In this document: positions 9,770 to 19,015 of the stretch, piece after piece | Layout: every line of letters starts with the position of its first letter | Numbering within the stretch: position 1 is the stretch's first letter | IMG/VR virus record: IMGVR_UViG_3300037264_001837 | Span: 1-53,270 of that record | Origin: a virus | Taxonomy: Duplodnaviria > Caudoviricetes | Direction: 5' to 3' (one strand) | DNA length: 53,270 nt | Made by a program: the position numbers and the translations under genes | The notes under the pieces: generated by a model | The model's input: only the letters and a program-made list of their open reading frames with translations | What the model was told of the DNA's origin: nothing | Databases searched by the model: none

Positions 9770-9786
9770 CAGCAGCGCGGTATTAT
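9757..9786 (+). promoter_or_regulatory. putative sigma70-type promoter
   Basis: TTTACT-18 nt-TATTAT in an AT-rich intergenic patch upstream of 9848. Confidence 0.4.
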
Positions 9787-9847
9787 GAAATACGAAGCCG
9801 GAGGCGAAACGTGAAACGAGCAAGGCCGGAGACAGAGAAAGGCAAGC

Positions 9848-10078
9848 ATGGCGAAGAGAACCAAGCGCGGGCCCGGCAGACCGTCGGACCCGAACGGGGT
9901 GGGGTCCACGGTGAAGAGGCTTCTGCTCGCGGGAGTCTCGACGGACGAGGTGCTAGTCAAGATCCGCGGGCAGTTCCCGTGGAGCAAGATGCGCCGGCGC
10001 GGGGTCTCGTTCTATCGGAGCATGCTCCGGCTGGCGGGGCACGCGATCCCTGTCGCAGCTCGTTCCGAGGCGAGCTGA
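9848..10078 (+). CDS. small basic putative DNA-binding protein
   Basis: RGPGRP, helical basic core ending YRSML; AAAGG RBS. Confidence 0.6.
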   Translation: MAKRTKRGPGRPSDPNGVGSTVKRLLLAGVSTDEVLVKIRGQFPWSKMRRRGVSFYRSMLRLAGHAIPVAARSEAS

Positions 10079-10104
10079 GGCGCTGGCTGGATCGCTTCGG
10101 CTCG

Positions 10105-10290
10105 ATGATCCGACAGCAGATCGCCTTGCGAATCACGCATCGGCTCTTCGAGTGCCCGCTCGAGGATCTGACCAAGAGCGCGGACCAGGCCGGCGTCCCC
10201 GCGGGGCACGCGCGGCTGGTCTGCACACGGTGCCAGGCCGAGTGTATCGTCCCCACGGTCGAGCACGCGATCAAGGAAATGTCTCCGTGA
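10105..10290 (+). CDS. small hypothetical protein with CxxC
   Basis: CTRC; GTGA coupling to MT-A70. Confidence 0.45.
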   Translation: MIRQQIALRITHRLFECPLEDLTKSADQAGVPAGHARLVCTRCQAECIVPTVEHAIKEMSP

Positions 10291-10955
10291 CTGAGCGGTT
10301 CACGCTCGCGCTATTCGACCCCCCGTGGGAGTATGAGGAACCTGACGCGGTGCGGAAGTTCCCAGGGACCCGCAAGGCTCCAGCGACCGCCCACTACCAG
10401 ACCATGACAGTGGCAGCCATGGTCGAGCAGTTCCGCCCGCTGGTCGACTCGCTCCTGGCTGACGATTGCGCGGTACCGATCTGGTGTACTGGACCGAAGA
10501 CCCTGACCGACCTCCCGCAGCTCGGCTTCGGGCTCGGCCTCCAGCCCGTCACCAAACTGCTCTGCTGGATCAAGATGCCGAAGTCGTGGGGGCCCGGGCA
10601 GCTCCGGATGCGGGAACCGGACCTTGACTTCGAGGCGTTCTGCGGGCTCGGATTCTACAGCCGTTCCGCGACCGAGGACTGCTGGCTCTGGGTGAAGGGC
10701 AAGCCTGAGCTCCCGGACGACCGCACCGTACGCCAGTCGATCCACGCGCCCGAGGCCGTGTCGCCGGACGCGCTGCACGCGGCTCGCCGCGAGCACAGCC
10801 GGAAGCCCGACGAGAGCTACCGGAGGATCGAGCGCCTCTGGCCCAAAGCGCGGCGCGTCGAGTTCTTCGCCCGGCAGACGCGACCGGGATGGGACGCGCT
10901 CGGCAACGAGACCACGAAGTTCGACGCGACCAGAGAGGTGGACCCGCTCGCATGA
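10287..10955 (+). CDS. MT-A70-family adenine methyltransferase
   Basis: catalytic DPPW, HY.TM, W.K, HSRKP, EFFAR, GWDALGNE. Confidence 0.9.
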   Translation: MTERFTLALFDPPWEYEEPDAVRKFPGTRKAPATAHYQTMTVAAMVEQFRPLVDSLLADDCAVPIWCTGPKTLTDLPQLGFGLGLQPVTKLLCWIKMPKSWGPGQLRMREPDLDFEAFCGLGFYSRSATEDCWLWVKGKPELPDDRTVRQSIHAPEAVSPDALHAARREHSRKPDESYRRIERLWPKARRVEFFARQTRPGWDALGNETTKFDATREVDPLA

Positions 10956-11365
10956 TCGAGTTCGAGGGCGTGAAGGATTCAGGCAAGCGGCAGGAGTTCG
11001 CCACCGGCTCGCGTCGGGACACCCGGGACGGGAAGGGCCGCTACGATCTGGTCCCGGCGGACGCGTTCCAGCGTCTGGTGCGGCACTTCGAGAACGGGTC
11101 CCGCAAGTACGGCGACCGCAATTGGGAGAAGGGCCAGCCGCTCTCGCGGTATCTCGACTCGGCGATCAGGCACGCCTACGACTACCTCGGAGGCGATCGG
11201 TCCGAGGACCACCTGGCCGCGGTCATGTGGAACGCGATGGCCGCGGCTGCGACCGAGGAGCGCGTTGCCCGCGGGATCTTGCCGAAACACCTGGACGACC
11301 TCCAAGAACTCGCGCTCTTGCTCGGGCCCCGGAAGACCACGCGCCGAAAGCAGAGGCGATCATGA
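10952..11365 (+). CDS. DUF5664 dATP/dGTP diphosphohydrolase-like protein
   Basis: KDSG.RQEF.TG..RD..GKGRYDL, G..KYG.RNWEKG, SA.RH, EDHLAA..WN. Confidence 0.85.
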   Translation: MIEFEGVKDSGKRQEFATGSRRDTRDGKGRYDLVPADAFQRLVRHFENGSRKYGDRNWEKGQPLSRYLDSAIRHAYDYLGGDRSEDHLAAVMWNAMAAAATEERVARGILPKHLDDLQELALLLGPRKTTRRKQRRS

Positions 11366-11559
11366 AGAGCAGCATGCCTGCCCGGCCTGAGTGGGATTTG
11401 ATCCTCGAGGCTGAGAAAGACGAGCCCCAAGAACTGCGTGCGCTTCTCGGCCGAGCACTCGCCCAAGCTGAGAAGGCCAAGGACGCGAAGCTCGCGAACG
11501 ATCTGCGGGGCTTCATAGATCAGATGGATGGCTGCCGCGCAACGGGGAGGCCAGCATGA
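11362..11559 (+). CDS. hypothetical protein
   Basis: ATGA coupling on both sides. Confidence 0.6.
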   Translation: MKSSMPARPEWDLILEAEKDEPQELRALLGRALAQAEKAKDAKLANDLRGFIDQMDGCRATGRPA

Positions 11560-11855
11560 GAATCCTACTGCTCCTGGCCGAGCTCTGCTCTGGGTGTGCG
11601 GCTGATCGCGCGAAGCCTGAGGTCCCGCGCCTGATCTTCTCGACTTGGGAAGCGTCCTGGGATCCAGCGGGCAAGCTGATCGAGTGGCACCCGGAGCGGC
11701 TTCGAGAGATCCCATGCCCCGATCGCTTCCAGCGCCTGAGCCAAATCCTGAGGGCGTCCGCGCGCTACGAAGGCCCCGCGCCCCGGCTCGAGTTGCCTCC
11801 GGACTTCTGGCTGGTTGTCGACCGGTACCGACAGGAATGCTGGAGAGAGCCATGA
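11556..11855 (+). CDS. possible lipoprotein
   Basis: MRILLLLAELCSGC: short hydrophobic leader with a lipobox-like SGC, although a Glu interrupts it. Confidence 0.45.
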   Translation: MRILLLLAELCSGCAADRAKPEVPRLIFSTWEASWDPAGKLIEWHPERLREIPCPDRFQRLSQILRASARYEGPAPRLELPPDFWLVVDRYRQECWREP

Positions 11856-12331
11856 GCGCGCCCAGTGAATCGACGCTCTGGAAATGGATTGCCCGCGGAC
11901 TCGTGAAGGCTCGACGCTCGGGTACGCGACTGCACTGGCAGCGGATCGAGAACCTGACTGGCGACGGGGTGCCTGATACCTACCTCTGCGTCGACGGCAT
12001 CTCCTGGTGGCTCGAATTGAAGCGGGGGGTCCAGCTAACCAACGGCGCGATCCGCGTAGACTACCGGCCTAGGCAGGTCCCGTGGCTTCTGGACGAGCTC
12101 CGCGCTGGAGGCCAGGCCGGGGTGCTCGTCCAGGTCGGGAAAGATCGGTTGCTAACGATCAACAATCTGATCACGATCGAGATGCTGGGTAGCCGAGACG
12201 GGGCGGCCCAAATCTGGCTGCAGTCGGTATCCAACGTGCGAGAGCTGCTCGAGATCCTCGCGCGCGGCGCGAAGCGGGAGAGTACCAAGCACCGGATCTA
12301 CGGGGCCGACGACGAGACAGGGTGTCCGTGA
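11852..12331 (+). CDS. VRR-NUC / Holliday junction resolvase-like PD-(D/E)XK nuclease
   Basis: ESTLW, RIEN..GDGVPD, WLELK, RPRQ..W. Confidence 0.8.
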   Translation: MSAPSESTLWKWIARGLVKARRSGTRLHWQRIENLTGDGVPDTYLCVDGISWWLELKRGVQLTNGAIRVDYRPRQVPWLLDELRAGGQAGVLVQVGKDRLLTINNLITIEMLGSRDGAAQIWLQSVSNVRELLEILARGAKRESTKHRIYGADDETGCP

Positions 12332-12720
12332 CCTCGCGACAAGAGCCCAACGGGCGAAGGCAGCGGCCGCGGAAAGACCCAGCCGCGATCGCTACGCGTC
12401 TCTCTGCTCTTGAAGAGGCAGCGCGAGAAATCGCCGCGTGTGATCTCTCGAAGGCTGCCCAGCCGCTGCGGCGCCTCGCCTCGGCCCTGGCCGAGTGCGC
12501 AGCCCGGGTGGAGCACAGATGTGGACGGCCACCCCTGGAGATCGCCGCTGCTCTCGCTCGTCTCCGCGTGATCGTAGGCCGCTCAGGGATCCGAGAGGCA
12601 GCGCGAAACGCGGTCGCGGTCATGCAGGCCATCGACGAGCTGCTCTGGACCCGGGTACCGCGGCGGGATGACGCGCCCGGGCTTCGGTCCGGGCGGCCGA
12701 GAAGGGACACGGGTGACTGA
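12328..12720 (+). CDS. hypothetical protein
   Basis: GTGA overlap with the nuclease stop. Confidence 0.5.
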   Translation: MTSRQEPNGRRQRPRKDPAAIATRLSALEEAAREIAACDLSKAAQPLRRLASALAECAARVEHRCGRPPLEIAAALARLRVIVGRSGIREAARNAVAVMQAIDELLWTRVPRRDDAPGLRSGRPRRDTGD

Positions 12721-13486
12721 GCCCACCGAGGAAGTTTTGCGAGAGCGGTTCGACCGACAGCCGCGTAACCGCGGGAACCGATCGCAGGTCCGATGCGAGG
12801 ACTGCCGCCGGCAAATCCCACCCGGCGCGGGTCTCTATATGAGGATGCAGAACAAGAAGGCGTGCTGGCGTTGCTGGGACTCGGCGGCGTGTCTAGCACG
12901 AGTCAGCCATGACCGGGCCACACGTCGAATGCACGAGGACCGATTTCTCTGCGAGCTCCTGACGGTGGCGGCGGCTGTCACAAGGGACTTGGTCCTGGTC
13001 AACATGTACCAGGACGTGAATCTCCACTCTGGGATGCTCCGAGATTTGTATCGCGATAACCCGGTAATCGTGTGGCCGACAACTCCGAAGCCTGACCACT
13101 ACTTGCCCAAGCGGCTCGACGATCCGTGGTCCTACGGGACTGTCATTCGGAGAGGCCAGGGGGTTGAGATCGACGGGGACCACCCTTTAGAGGGGTCGTA
13201 CATCACTCTCCCGGACGCTCTGCGCCTGGTGCGCGCGAAGGCTGCACAGCACACACCTCCGGTGACTGCGCACAGTCGCGCGATAGCGCGTCTCTGGCTC
13301 CGGCATCGCGGTCACGAGCTGCGACGGTGGTTCGGCACCGGGGATGACGACTACGAGCCGTTCTCGAAGCTCAGGATCCAGGCATTCACGACTCATGACA
13401 ATCTCGGCCGACTCGAGTTGGCGCGCAGAGCGTTCGACTTGCTGGAACGTATCCAACCATCGGTAGATGAATCGAGCGCGGCGTGA
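12713..13486 (+). CDS. hypothetical protein with N-terminal CxxC pair
   Basis: CEDC...CWRC; coupled ORF. Confidence 0.55.
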   Translation: MTEPTEEVLRERFDRQPRNRGNRSQVRCEDCRRQIPPGAGLYMRMQNKKACWRCWDSAACLARVSHDRATRRMHEDRFLCELLTVAAAVTRDLVLVNMYQDVNLHSGMLRDLYRDNPVIVWPTTPKPDHYLPKRLDDPWSYGTVIRRGQGVEIDGDHPLEGSYITLPDALRLVRAKAAQHTPPVTAHSRAIARLWLRHRGHELRRWFGTGDDDYEPFSKLRIQAFTTHDNLGRLELARRAFDLLERIQPSVDESSAA

Positions 13487-13743
13487 CCGAGCGACTCGTA
13501 CCACTCCGGATCGAGCTTGTCTGCGCGCTCTGCGAGGCCAAGCAAAGCGTGCGTTGGCAGGTTCGTACTGCTCACGACGGCACTCTCACTATCCTGTGCG
13601 ACCCCTGCACCGAGGGCGTGAAGTCGCATGAAAAGGTGATCCGTCTACGAGAGCAGCTCAAAGCTGCCCAGCTCCAGGCCACGCGTCATGCCGAGCACGA
13701 GCAAAGGCGGCTACGCCGGAACCGAGTGGATGCTGGGGGCTGA
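13483..13743 (+). CDS. zinc-finger/coiled-coil hypothetical protein; last gene of the + arm
   Basis: CALC...CDPC; GTGA overlap. Confidence 0.55.
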   Translation: MTERLVPLRIELVCALCEAKQSVRWQVRTAHDGTLTILCDPCTEGVKSHEKVIRLREQLKAAQLQATRHAEHEQRRLRRNRVDAGG

Positions 13744-13773
13744 TCCGCGGCGCGCTTGCCCAGCCACCAGCAG

Positions 13774-13799
13774 CTCACGCTGCCGGCCCCGGGCGTGAG
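13774..13799. terminator. hairpin at the convergence of the two transcription arms
   Basis: ctcacgc / gcgtgag inverted repeat between convergent stops at 13743 and 13811; no U-tract. Confidence 0.3.
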
Positions 13800-13810
13800 A
13801 ACCCAGCGTA

Positions 13811-14026
13811 CTACGCCGGGGGCCGGTCCTGATCCTCGGGCTTCTTGATCGAGCCCGGGCCGCCTTCGTAGAGGCAGTCGATTCCCTGCCGTGCGAGGAT
13901 CGCGTCGAACGCGTCGAGCTCGGTCGCCAGCTTGTTGGCGTACCGGACCACGCTGTCGGCATGGCCCTTGGAGTGGCTTCGCAAGCGGTCCCGGAGTCCG
14001 GTCAGCTCGCCACGTGCGATGCTCAA
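13811..14026 (-). CDS. hypothetical protein
   Basis: AGGAAAGAGG RBS before TTG 14026. Confidence 0.5.
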   Translation of the reverse strand: MSIARGELTGLRDRLRSHSKGHADSVVRYANKLATELDAFDAILARQGIDCLYEGGPGSIKKPEDQDRPPA

Positions 14027-14048
14027 GAGCGCCTCTTTCCTGGTCCGT

Positions 14049-14360
14049 TTACAGCCCGGCGAGAACAAAGATCGTTTCGACCGCGGTCCGCAGCCGCTTG
14101 GTCGCGTAGGTGATGATCCCCTGGACCTGTAGGCGCCCGGTCTGGTCGAGGAATCCATCGGGCAGGATGTGCCGCACGACTCCATCGCTTCCAGGTGGCG
14201 TCACGAAGTCGGGCGTGACCTCGGTATCCCCCTCGATCCAGGACCGCCGGAGCTCCAGCCTGACCGCGGTCGCCAGTGTCAGGTCGAGCGGCATGCCGTC
14301 CCCGTCCTGCAAGGCGACCACGATCGCGACCCCATAGCTGCCGGCCTGCAAGTCCGCCAT
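14049..14360 (-). CDS. BppU-N-like Ig-fold virion protein
   Basis: D.G..I.V.L.D.DG.P.DLT.AT, G.V......G.LDQ.G....Q..I pattern; GGAGG RBS. Confidence 0.6.
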   Translation of the reverse strand: MADLQAGSYGVAIVVALQDGDGMPLDLTLATAVRLELRRSWIEGDTEVTPDFVTPPGSDGVVRHILPDGFLDQTGRLQVQGIITYATKRLRTAVETIFVLAGL

Positions 14361-14370
14361 GGTCGCCTCC

Positions 14371-15309
14371 TCAGGGTCGGGTCTCGAGCCCGACGTTCGC
14401 CTGCTCGCGAGCCCGGAGGCTCAGCTCGATTCTACTGGTGGCTCGGATCGAGAGCTGTGCCTGACTGCGGGCCCTCAGAAAGAGATGCAGCGACCGCTCG
14501 AGTCCGGCCCGCACCGGCCCAAACGTAGGCGCGCCAGTCGCGAGGCCCGGAGCAGCGAGCACATGGGTCTGCCCGAAGGCCGGCACGTCCAGCGTCGGCG
14601 CCCCGGTCTCGATCGGCACCGACAGCATGTCCACGAGACCCGAGGCGAAGGTGATGAGAGATCGCAATCCTGCGGTCCCGCCAGGTGCCCGGTCCTTCGA
14701 CACGCTGCCCGTCGCTTGGGGCGAGGTCTGGACCCGGTACGCGTAGCTTGAGACCTGATCCGTGCCCCCGAGATTGCGATACTGAGCGCTGCCCGCGACC
14801 ACCCACCCAGCGCCCACCAGAGTCCCCCATGTTGCGGCCCCACCCTGCGTCCAGAGCGCGAAAGCTACGGTGTTCTGGCGGGCCGTGGTCGCCCCGGGGA
14901 TCGTCGCGGGATTGCCCATCGGGTAGGTGCCGGAGGCCAGCGCGTTATCCACGGTCCAGTCTGCCCCGGGGATCGACTGCCGGAAGACGTGCATGACCAC
15001 GGAACACGGGACGGCGCCGGCCAGGCTGAACGCGAGGCTCGGATTTGCCGCCCAGGTCCCATTGAACACGGCCCAGAAGAGGTCGACGACCTGGCCGTTG
15101 CCGGCGAACATCGGCTCCGAGGTCCAGAGCTGACCTCCGGTCGCGCCGATCACGACGGTGCCGGCCGAGACGGGATGCAGCCCGACCAGGACCACGAGAT
15201 CCCCGGCCACCATCGAAGCCGGAGGCACGACCGCGAGGGTGATCGAGGGCCCGACCGCGGAGCCGCTGTCTGCTGGGTTGCTTGCCGACCCGAAGAGGCT
15301 GATAGCCAT
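14371..15309 (-). CDS. putative virion structural / appendage protein (beta-rich)
   Basis: P....AGDLVVL motif, Gly/Thr/Ala-rich beta-strand pattern; follows 15322-15690. Confidence 0.55.
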   Translation of the reverse strand: MAISLFGSASNPADSGSAVGPSITLAVVPPASMVAGDLVVLVGLHPVSAGTVVIGATGGQLWTSEPMFAGNGQVVDLFWAVFNGTWAANPSLAFSLAGAVPCSVVMHVFRQSIPGADWTVDNALASGTYPMGNPATIPGATTARQNTVAFALWTQGGAATWGTLVGAGWVVAGSAQYRNLGGTDQVSSYAYRVQTSPQATGSVSKDRAPGGTAGLRSLITFASGLVDMLSVPIETGAPTLDVPAFGQTHVLAAPGLATGAPTFGPVRAGLERSLHLFLRARSQAQLSIRATSRIELSLRAREQANVGLETRP

Positions 15310-15321
15310 TCGGTCCCCCGC

Positions 15322-15690
15322 TCAGACCGCGTCGGGGATGCCGATGTCGAACGCGCTCAAGGTGAACGGATTGCCCGCGGTCACCGGCTGCGGCACGACC
15401 AGCGCGCCGGTCGCGAGGAGCTGGCTGTCGGTGTTGTCCACGAGCGCCCAGTGGGTCGCGGTCCCGGTCCCGGTGAGCATGCCGTCTGTGACCGCCGAGA
15501 CCGTGACCTTGCGGCCGTTCGGCGTGCGGTCCGTCGGGGCCGAGACCGTCGGCGGGGTCTTGTTCCCTAGGGTCAGGCCAGCCACGGCCGCGTAGTTGGC
15601 TGGCTCTGCACTCAGGATGTGGAGCTGCTCGGCATCTGTGTCGAGCTCGGCCAGTGCCAGATCCAGGATGAAGTCGGCGAGGACGGCCAT
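15322..15690 (-). CDS. putative virion structural protein (head/tail decoration family)
   Basis: GRKVTV.AV, GTGTATHWAL, GN.FTL.AFDI motifs typical of phage structural genes. Confidence 0.65.
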   Translation of the reverse strand: MAVLADFILDLALAELDTDAEQLHILSAEPANYAAVAGLTLGNKTPPTVSAPTDRTPNGRKVTVSAVTDGMLTGTGTATHWALVDNTDSQLLATGALVVPQPVTAGNPFTLSAFDIGIPDAV

Positions 15691-15708
15691 CGAAGGCAGT
15701 GTACTACG

Positions 15709-16164
15709 TCAGCCGGAGGCCCGGAACCGGCTGGCCGGGACGAAGATCAGCCGCGGTGGGGCCTCCGCTTGGACCTTGGCGGGCTCCGGGACCTTCGGCT
15801 CGACTGGGGCTGGCACCGGGCCCCCCACCGCGGCCCAGGTAAGCGTCGCGGTCTCCCAGACCGGCTCGATCGACAGCTCCGCGACCAGGGCCTCCCGTAG
15901 TCGCTCCCGGGCTTTCTTGGGGCCGATGATCTCCCGGAGCCCGACCCGACCGCGGCACGGACCGCAGACCGGGACCTCCGGGATCAGGTGGACGGACCGG
16001 CCGGTCCGCTTGCGGTGATCCCAGACCCGGATCACGGCGTTGAAGAGCTCGGGGTTGAGCCCACCGAGGCACGCGTCCAGAGCGCAGGCCCCGGGCGCGG
16101 GCGGGATGAAGGCCTCCGGCTGCCACCGAAGGGCCGGCAGGACCGCCAAAGCGTCCCGGCTCAC
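15709..16164 (-). CDS. hypothetical protein (CxxxC / CxxC)
   Basis: GGAGG RBS; GTGA coupling. Confidence 0.55.
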   Translation of the reverse strand: MSRDALAVLPALRWQPEAFIPPAPGACALDACLGGLNPELFNAVIRVWDHRKRTGRSVHLIPEVPVCGPCRGRVGLREIIGPKKARERLREALVAELSIEPVWETATLTWAAVGGPVPAPVEPKVPEPAKVQAEAPPRLIFVPASRFRASG

Positions 16165-16502
16165 GACCCTCCCGACTCGGGGAGCTCCGGTTTCCCGGGT
16201 GCGGGCGGGGGGATCGTGCCGTTGCGCACCGCCTCCCGTTCCTTCTGGGCGTACCCCAGGCGCTGCATGATGCTCGCGCAGAGCAGCGTGCAGCACATGA
16301 AGTACCACCAGGGCAGGCTCGGGTCGATCGAGATCCCCCATAGATCGAGCTTCGAGAAGTTGGCACCGAACATCCGCGCCACCCACATGAAGGCGAAGGC
16401 CACCATGAGGGCGCGGAAGACTTCCTTGGCGCCCTGCAGCTGACCGTCTTCCTCGATGGGCAACCACTTTAGGATCTCGGCCTTGACCGCGTCGGGGATC
16501 AC
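16161..16502 (-). CDS. holin-like membrane protein (2 TM)
   Basis: VFRALMVAFAFMWVARMF and LPWWYFMCCTLLCASIM hydrophobic segments; near the endolysin. Confidence 0.5.
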   Translation of the reverse strand: MIPDAVKAEILKWLPIEEDGQLQGAKEVFRALMVAFAFMWVARMFGANFSKLDLWGISIDPSLPWWYFMCCTLLCASIMQRLGYAQKEREAVRNGTIPPPAPGKPELPESGGS

Positions 16503-16933
16503 CCGATGCCTCCCAGGAAGCGCAGGGCCTGACCGAAGAGACCGTCCAGGAGGCTCCGGACCGCGCCGCTGGCCCGGGCCCGCGCGCCCTCCAGGATCCC
16601 CCGCCGGAGCTCTGCGAACACATCCTTGTCCACCCAGACCAGGCGGACGGTGCCGGCCCAGGGATCCATCCACGGGACCGGGTAGAGGTGGTGCGTGCGC
16701 AGCCGCCCCGACCAGGCGCAGACGTAGCCGCCGGTCTTCGTGCGGATCCGCCCCAGCGAGTCACGGACCAGCCCGAGGGCCTGGAGCTGGCTGGTCGGGG
16801 CCCATCCGATCCGGGCCGGGTAGCTGGAGAGCGGCCCCGCGGGCGCCACCGGCTCCGGCTCGAGGACGTCCAGGGAGTCACCCCAGGGCGGGGCGGGCAA
16901 GGTCACGACTGCGGCAGGCTGGGGAACGGGCAC
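16499..16933 (-). CDS. hypothetical protein
   Basis: GGAGG RBS before GTG 16933. Confidence 0.5.
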   Translation of the reverse strand: MPVPQPAAVVTLPAPPWGDSLDVLEPEPVAPAGPLSSYPARIGWAPTSQLQALGLVRDSLGRIRTKTGGYVCAWSGRLRTHHLYPVPWMDPWAGTVRLVWVDKDVFAELRRGILEGARARASGAVRSLLDGLFGQALRFLGGIG

Positions 16934-16965
16934 GGGGACCTCCAGTCCATCCCATGCTACTCCGC

Positions 16966-17454
16966 TCAGGCCGGGCCGTCGAAGGGGTCGAGCTCGAGCT
17001 CGGGCCACTCCCCGTGGTACGGGTCGAAGATCGTCCGGAAGTCCCCACCCCAGCGGCCACCGTGCTTCCGGACCGCCTCGCCGAGTGCTTGGTAGGCGTC
17101 CCATAGGGGCGGATCGACCTTGCGCTCCGCGGGGCACTCGAGCAGCTTGGACGCGGTCAGGTCGTTCTTGACCCTGAAGTAGGTGTCCACCGCCACGCGC
17201 CGGGTGTGATTGCTCCTGCGCTTGCGGGTCACGATCGCCCGGGGGTCCACGATCTCCCAGGACCCGTCCGGCCCTTGGCGCCGGCCCTTGGCCCAGTTCG
17301 CCTCGGCCTCGGCTTCGGACCGCCAGGCCTGCTGCGTGAACGGCGTCAGACCCAGCGGCGCGACCCGGGCCTCGACCTCGGCGTAGACCGCCCGGTAGAC
17401 CTCGGCCACCGCGGGCCGGAGCTCGCCGACCCGAGCGATCTCGATCGCCAGCAT
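16966..17454 (-). CDS. endolysin, M15 family (L-Ala-D-Glu peptidase-like)
   Basis: RS..E...W.KGR, IVT, SNH...AVD zinc ligands, WGGDF, DPYH. Confidence 0.85.
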   Translation of the reverse strand: MLAIEIARVGELRPAVAEVYRAVYAEVEARVAPLGLTPFTQQAWRSEAEAEANWAKGRRQGPDGSWEIVDPRAIVTRKRRSNHTRRVAVDTYFRVKNDLTASKLLECPAERKVDPPLWDAYQALGEAVRKHGGRWGGDFRTIFDPYHGEWPELELDPFDGPA

Positions 17455-17464
17455 GGTCAGGCGC

Positions 17465-17695
17465 CTACCGCGCGTCGGCCTTCCGCTTGGGCGGCGCACT
17501 CAGAACCTCAGCAAGCTCCCGCGGTGCGCTCTCGAGTCGGCTGATCGTCCGGTCCGTGGCCGCGACGACCTGAGACCCCGAGGCCTCGAGCGGCCGGAGC
17601 GCGGCCTCGATCGCGGCGGATGGCCGGATCTCCGGCTTGGGTTTCTCCTCAGTCGTGCTCGGCCCCAGCATCCCCCAGACCCAATCAAGCACCAC
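17465..17695 (-). CDS. hypothetical protein in the lysis region
   Basis: overlaps the upstream holin-like stop; AAGGGG RBS. Confidence 0.5.
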   Translation of the reverse strand: MVLDWVWGMLGPSTTEEKPKPEIRPSAAIEAALRPLEASGSQVVAATDRTISRLESAPRELAEVLSAPPKRKADAR

Positions 17696-18173
17696 GATTG
17701 ACCCCCTTGCTGAACGCGTCCAGAACCGCAGCCGGCATCTTCTCGATCGAGGCCGCGAGGCGCGTGTCGGCCGCACCCCTGGCTTCGGCCATCTCGATCA
17801 ACTTCTTGGAGACCTGCGTGTTGTCGGCGAGCCGCTGGTCCCGGTCCCGGTCCCGGTCGGCGTGCCGCTTCTCCTGGAGCGAGTCGTTCTTCTCCTCGAG
17901 CGACCAGACCTTGCGCTCCCGCAGGAGCAGCAGGACCAGCAGCGCGACGATGACCCCGGGCTGGCCGGCATCGCGGACCACTCCGGACCACTCCGCGAAG
18001 AGCGCCGGTTGCAGAAAGCCAAAGACCCCGGCCGTCGCACCCGAAGACACGAGCGCCACGAGCCAGTCCCGCGCGCCGTTCGCCGTCGGCTTGGCGAGCG
18101 TGGTGCCCGGGCTGGTGGCAGGGAGGTTGTCTCCGCTGACCGGGGCTCCGGGTTGTCCGTTCTGGGTGGGCAC
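17685..18173 (-). CDS. holin-like membrane protein with coiled-coil C-terminus
   Basis: two hydrophobic segments (WLVALVSSGATAGVFGFL; VIVALLVLLLL); upstream of the endolysin. Confidence 0.55.
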   Translation of the reverse strand: MPTQNGQPGAPVSGDNLPATSPGTTLAKPTANGARDWLVALVSSGATAGVFGFLQPALFAEWSGVVRDAGQPGVIVALLVLLLLRERKVWSLEEKNDSLQEKRHADRDRDRDQRLADNTQVSKKLIEMAEARGAADTRLAASIEKMPAAVLDAFSKGVNRGA

Positions 18174-18179
18174 GGGGTC

Positions 18180-18560
18180 CTAGGGCGCTGCAGGGCTCGC
18201 CGGCACCACGATCGCCAACGCGGCCGCGTCTGAGAAGCCCTGGTCGGGCCGCAGCCACCGGCCCTTGAAGTCAGCCCACATCGTATCGAGCGCGTCCATG
18301 ACGACGTTGCCGGTGCGGTCCGCGGTCCCGAGCAAGAGCGCCGAAATCCATGCGCTCGCGTCCCACTCCTGACCCGCGTAGCGGTGCTCGAAGTTGCAGG
18401 CCGCCCGGCATTGCTCGTACTTGTTCTTGAGGTCCGTCGATACCGTGATGGTGACTTGGGCGCTCCATGTGCCGTTGCCGTTGTCAGTCCAGGGCGCGGC
18501 CTCAGCCGGGGTCACGACCACGCTGAGGAACAGCGCGGCGATGATCGCTAGATACTTCAT
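18180..18560 (-). CDS. secreted protein (Sec signal peptide)
   Basis: MKYLAIIAALFLSVVVTPAEA/A. Confidence 0.7.
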   Translation of the reverse strand: MKYLAIIAALFLSVVVTPAEAAPWTDNGNGTWSAQVTITVSTDLKNKYEQCRAACNFEHRYAGQEWDASAWISALLLGTADRTGNVVMDALDTMWADFKGRWLRPDQGFSDAAALAIVVPASPAAP

Positions 18561-18570
18561 ATTCCCTCTT

Positions 18571-19014
18571 TCATCGTGGGGTTTCATCGAAGCTGGGCAC
18601 AGTGCCGATCAGGGCGTTCACGGTCGCGACCTTCGCAGCATAGTCCGCGGTACAGGCTGCTATGGCCGCGGTGAAGTCTCGTCCAGTCGAGATCGCGAGA
18701 GCAACGGCAGCCGCGACTTTGCTCTCGCATTCGGCCTGGAGCGCCATCATTCTCTGGAAGCGGAACGCGTCAAAGGCGACGACCTGCTCTGCCTGGATCG
18801 TAGCTGTAGCCCTCGCCACCCAAGCACCGTTGACGACTGACCAGACGCAAGCCCCCTGGTCGATCAACGGGGCTCTCATCCCGTCCCCAGGGACAGCAAT
18901 GGCCTCGTGCGTGGAGACCAGCCTAGCCGTCCAGGAGGCGGGGTTCACCCAGGGCTCAATACCATAAACGTCTTCGATCGCGTTGTCCGAGAGGCGTCGT
19001 AGGAGTTTCAGCAT
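18571..19014 (-). CDS. hypothetical protein, possibly a tail-fibre chaperone
   Basis: GGAG RBS; two genes downstream of the fibre-like gene; helical C-terminus. Confidence 0.5.
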   Translation of the reverse strand: MLKLLRRLSDNAIEDVYGIEPWVNPASWTARLVSTHEAIAVPGDGMRAPLIDQGACVWSVVNGAWVARATATIQAEQVVAFDAFRFQRMMALQAECESKVAAAVALAISTGRDFTAAIAACTADYAAKVATVNALIGTVPSFDETPR

Positions 19015-19015
19015 G

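Noticed and set aside
10952-11365. DUF5664 as a sign of a Z-base or 7-deazaguanine substituted genome
   Set aside because: No purZ, datZ, folE/queCDE or dpdA-like genes were recognised.
17837-17858. (GGTCCC)n microsatellite encoding RDRDRD
   Set aside because: Short in-frame hexamer repeat in a charged coil; it cannot cause frameshift phase variation.
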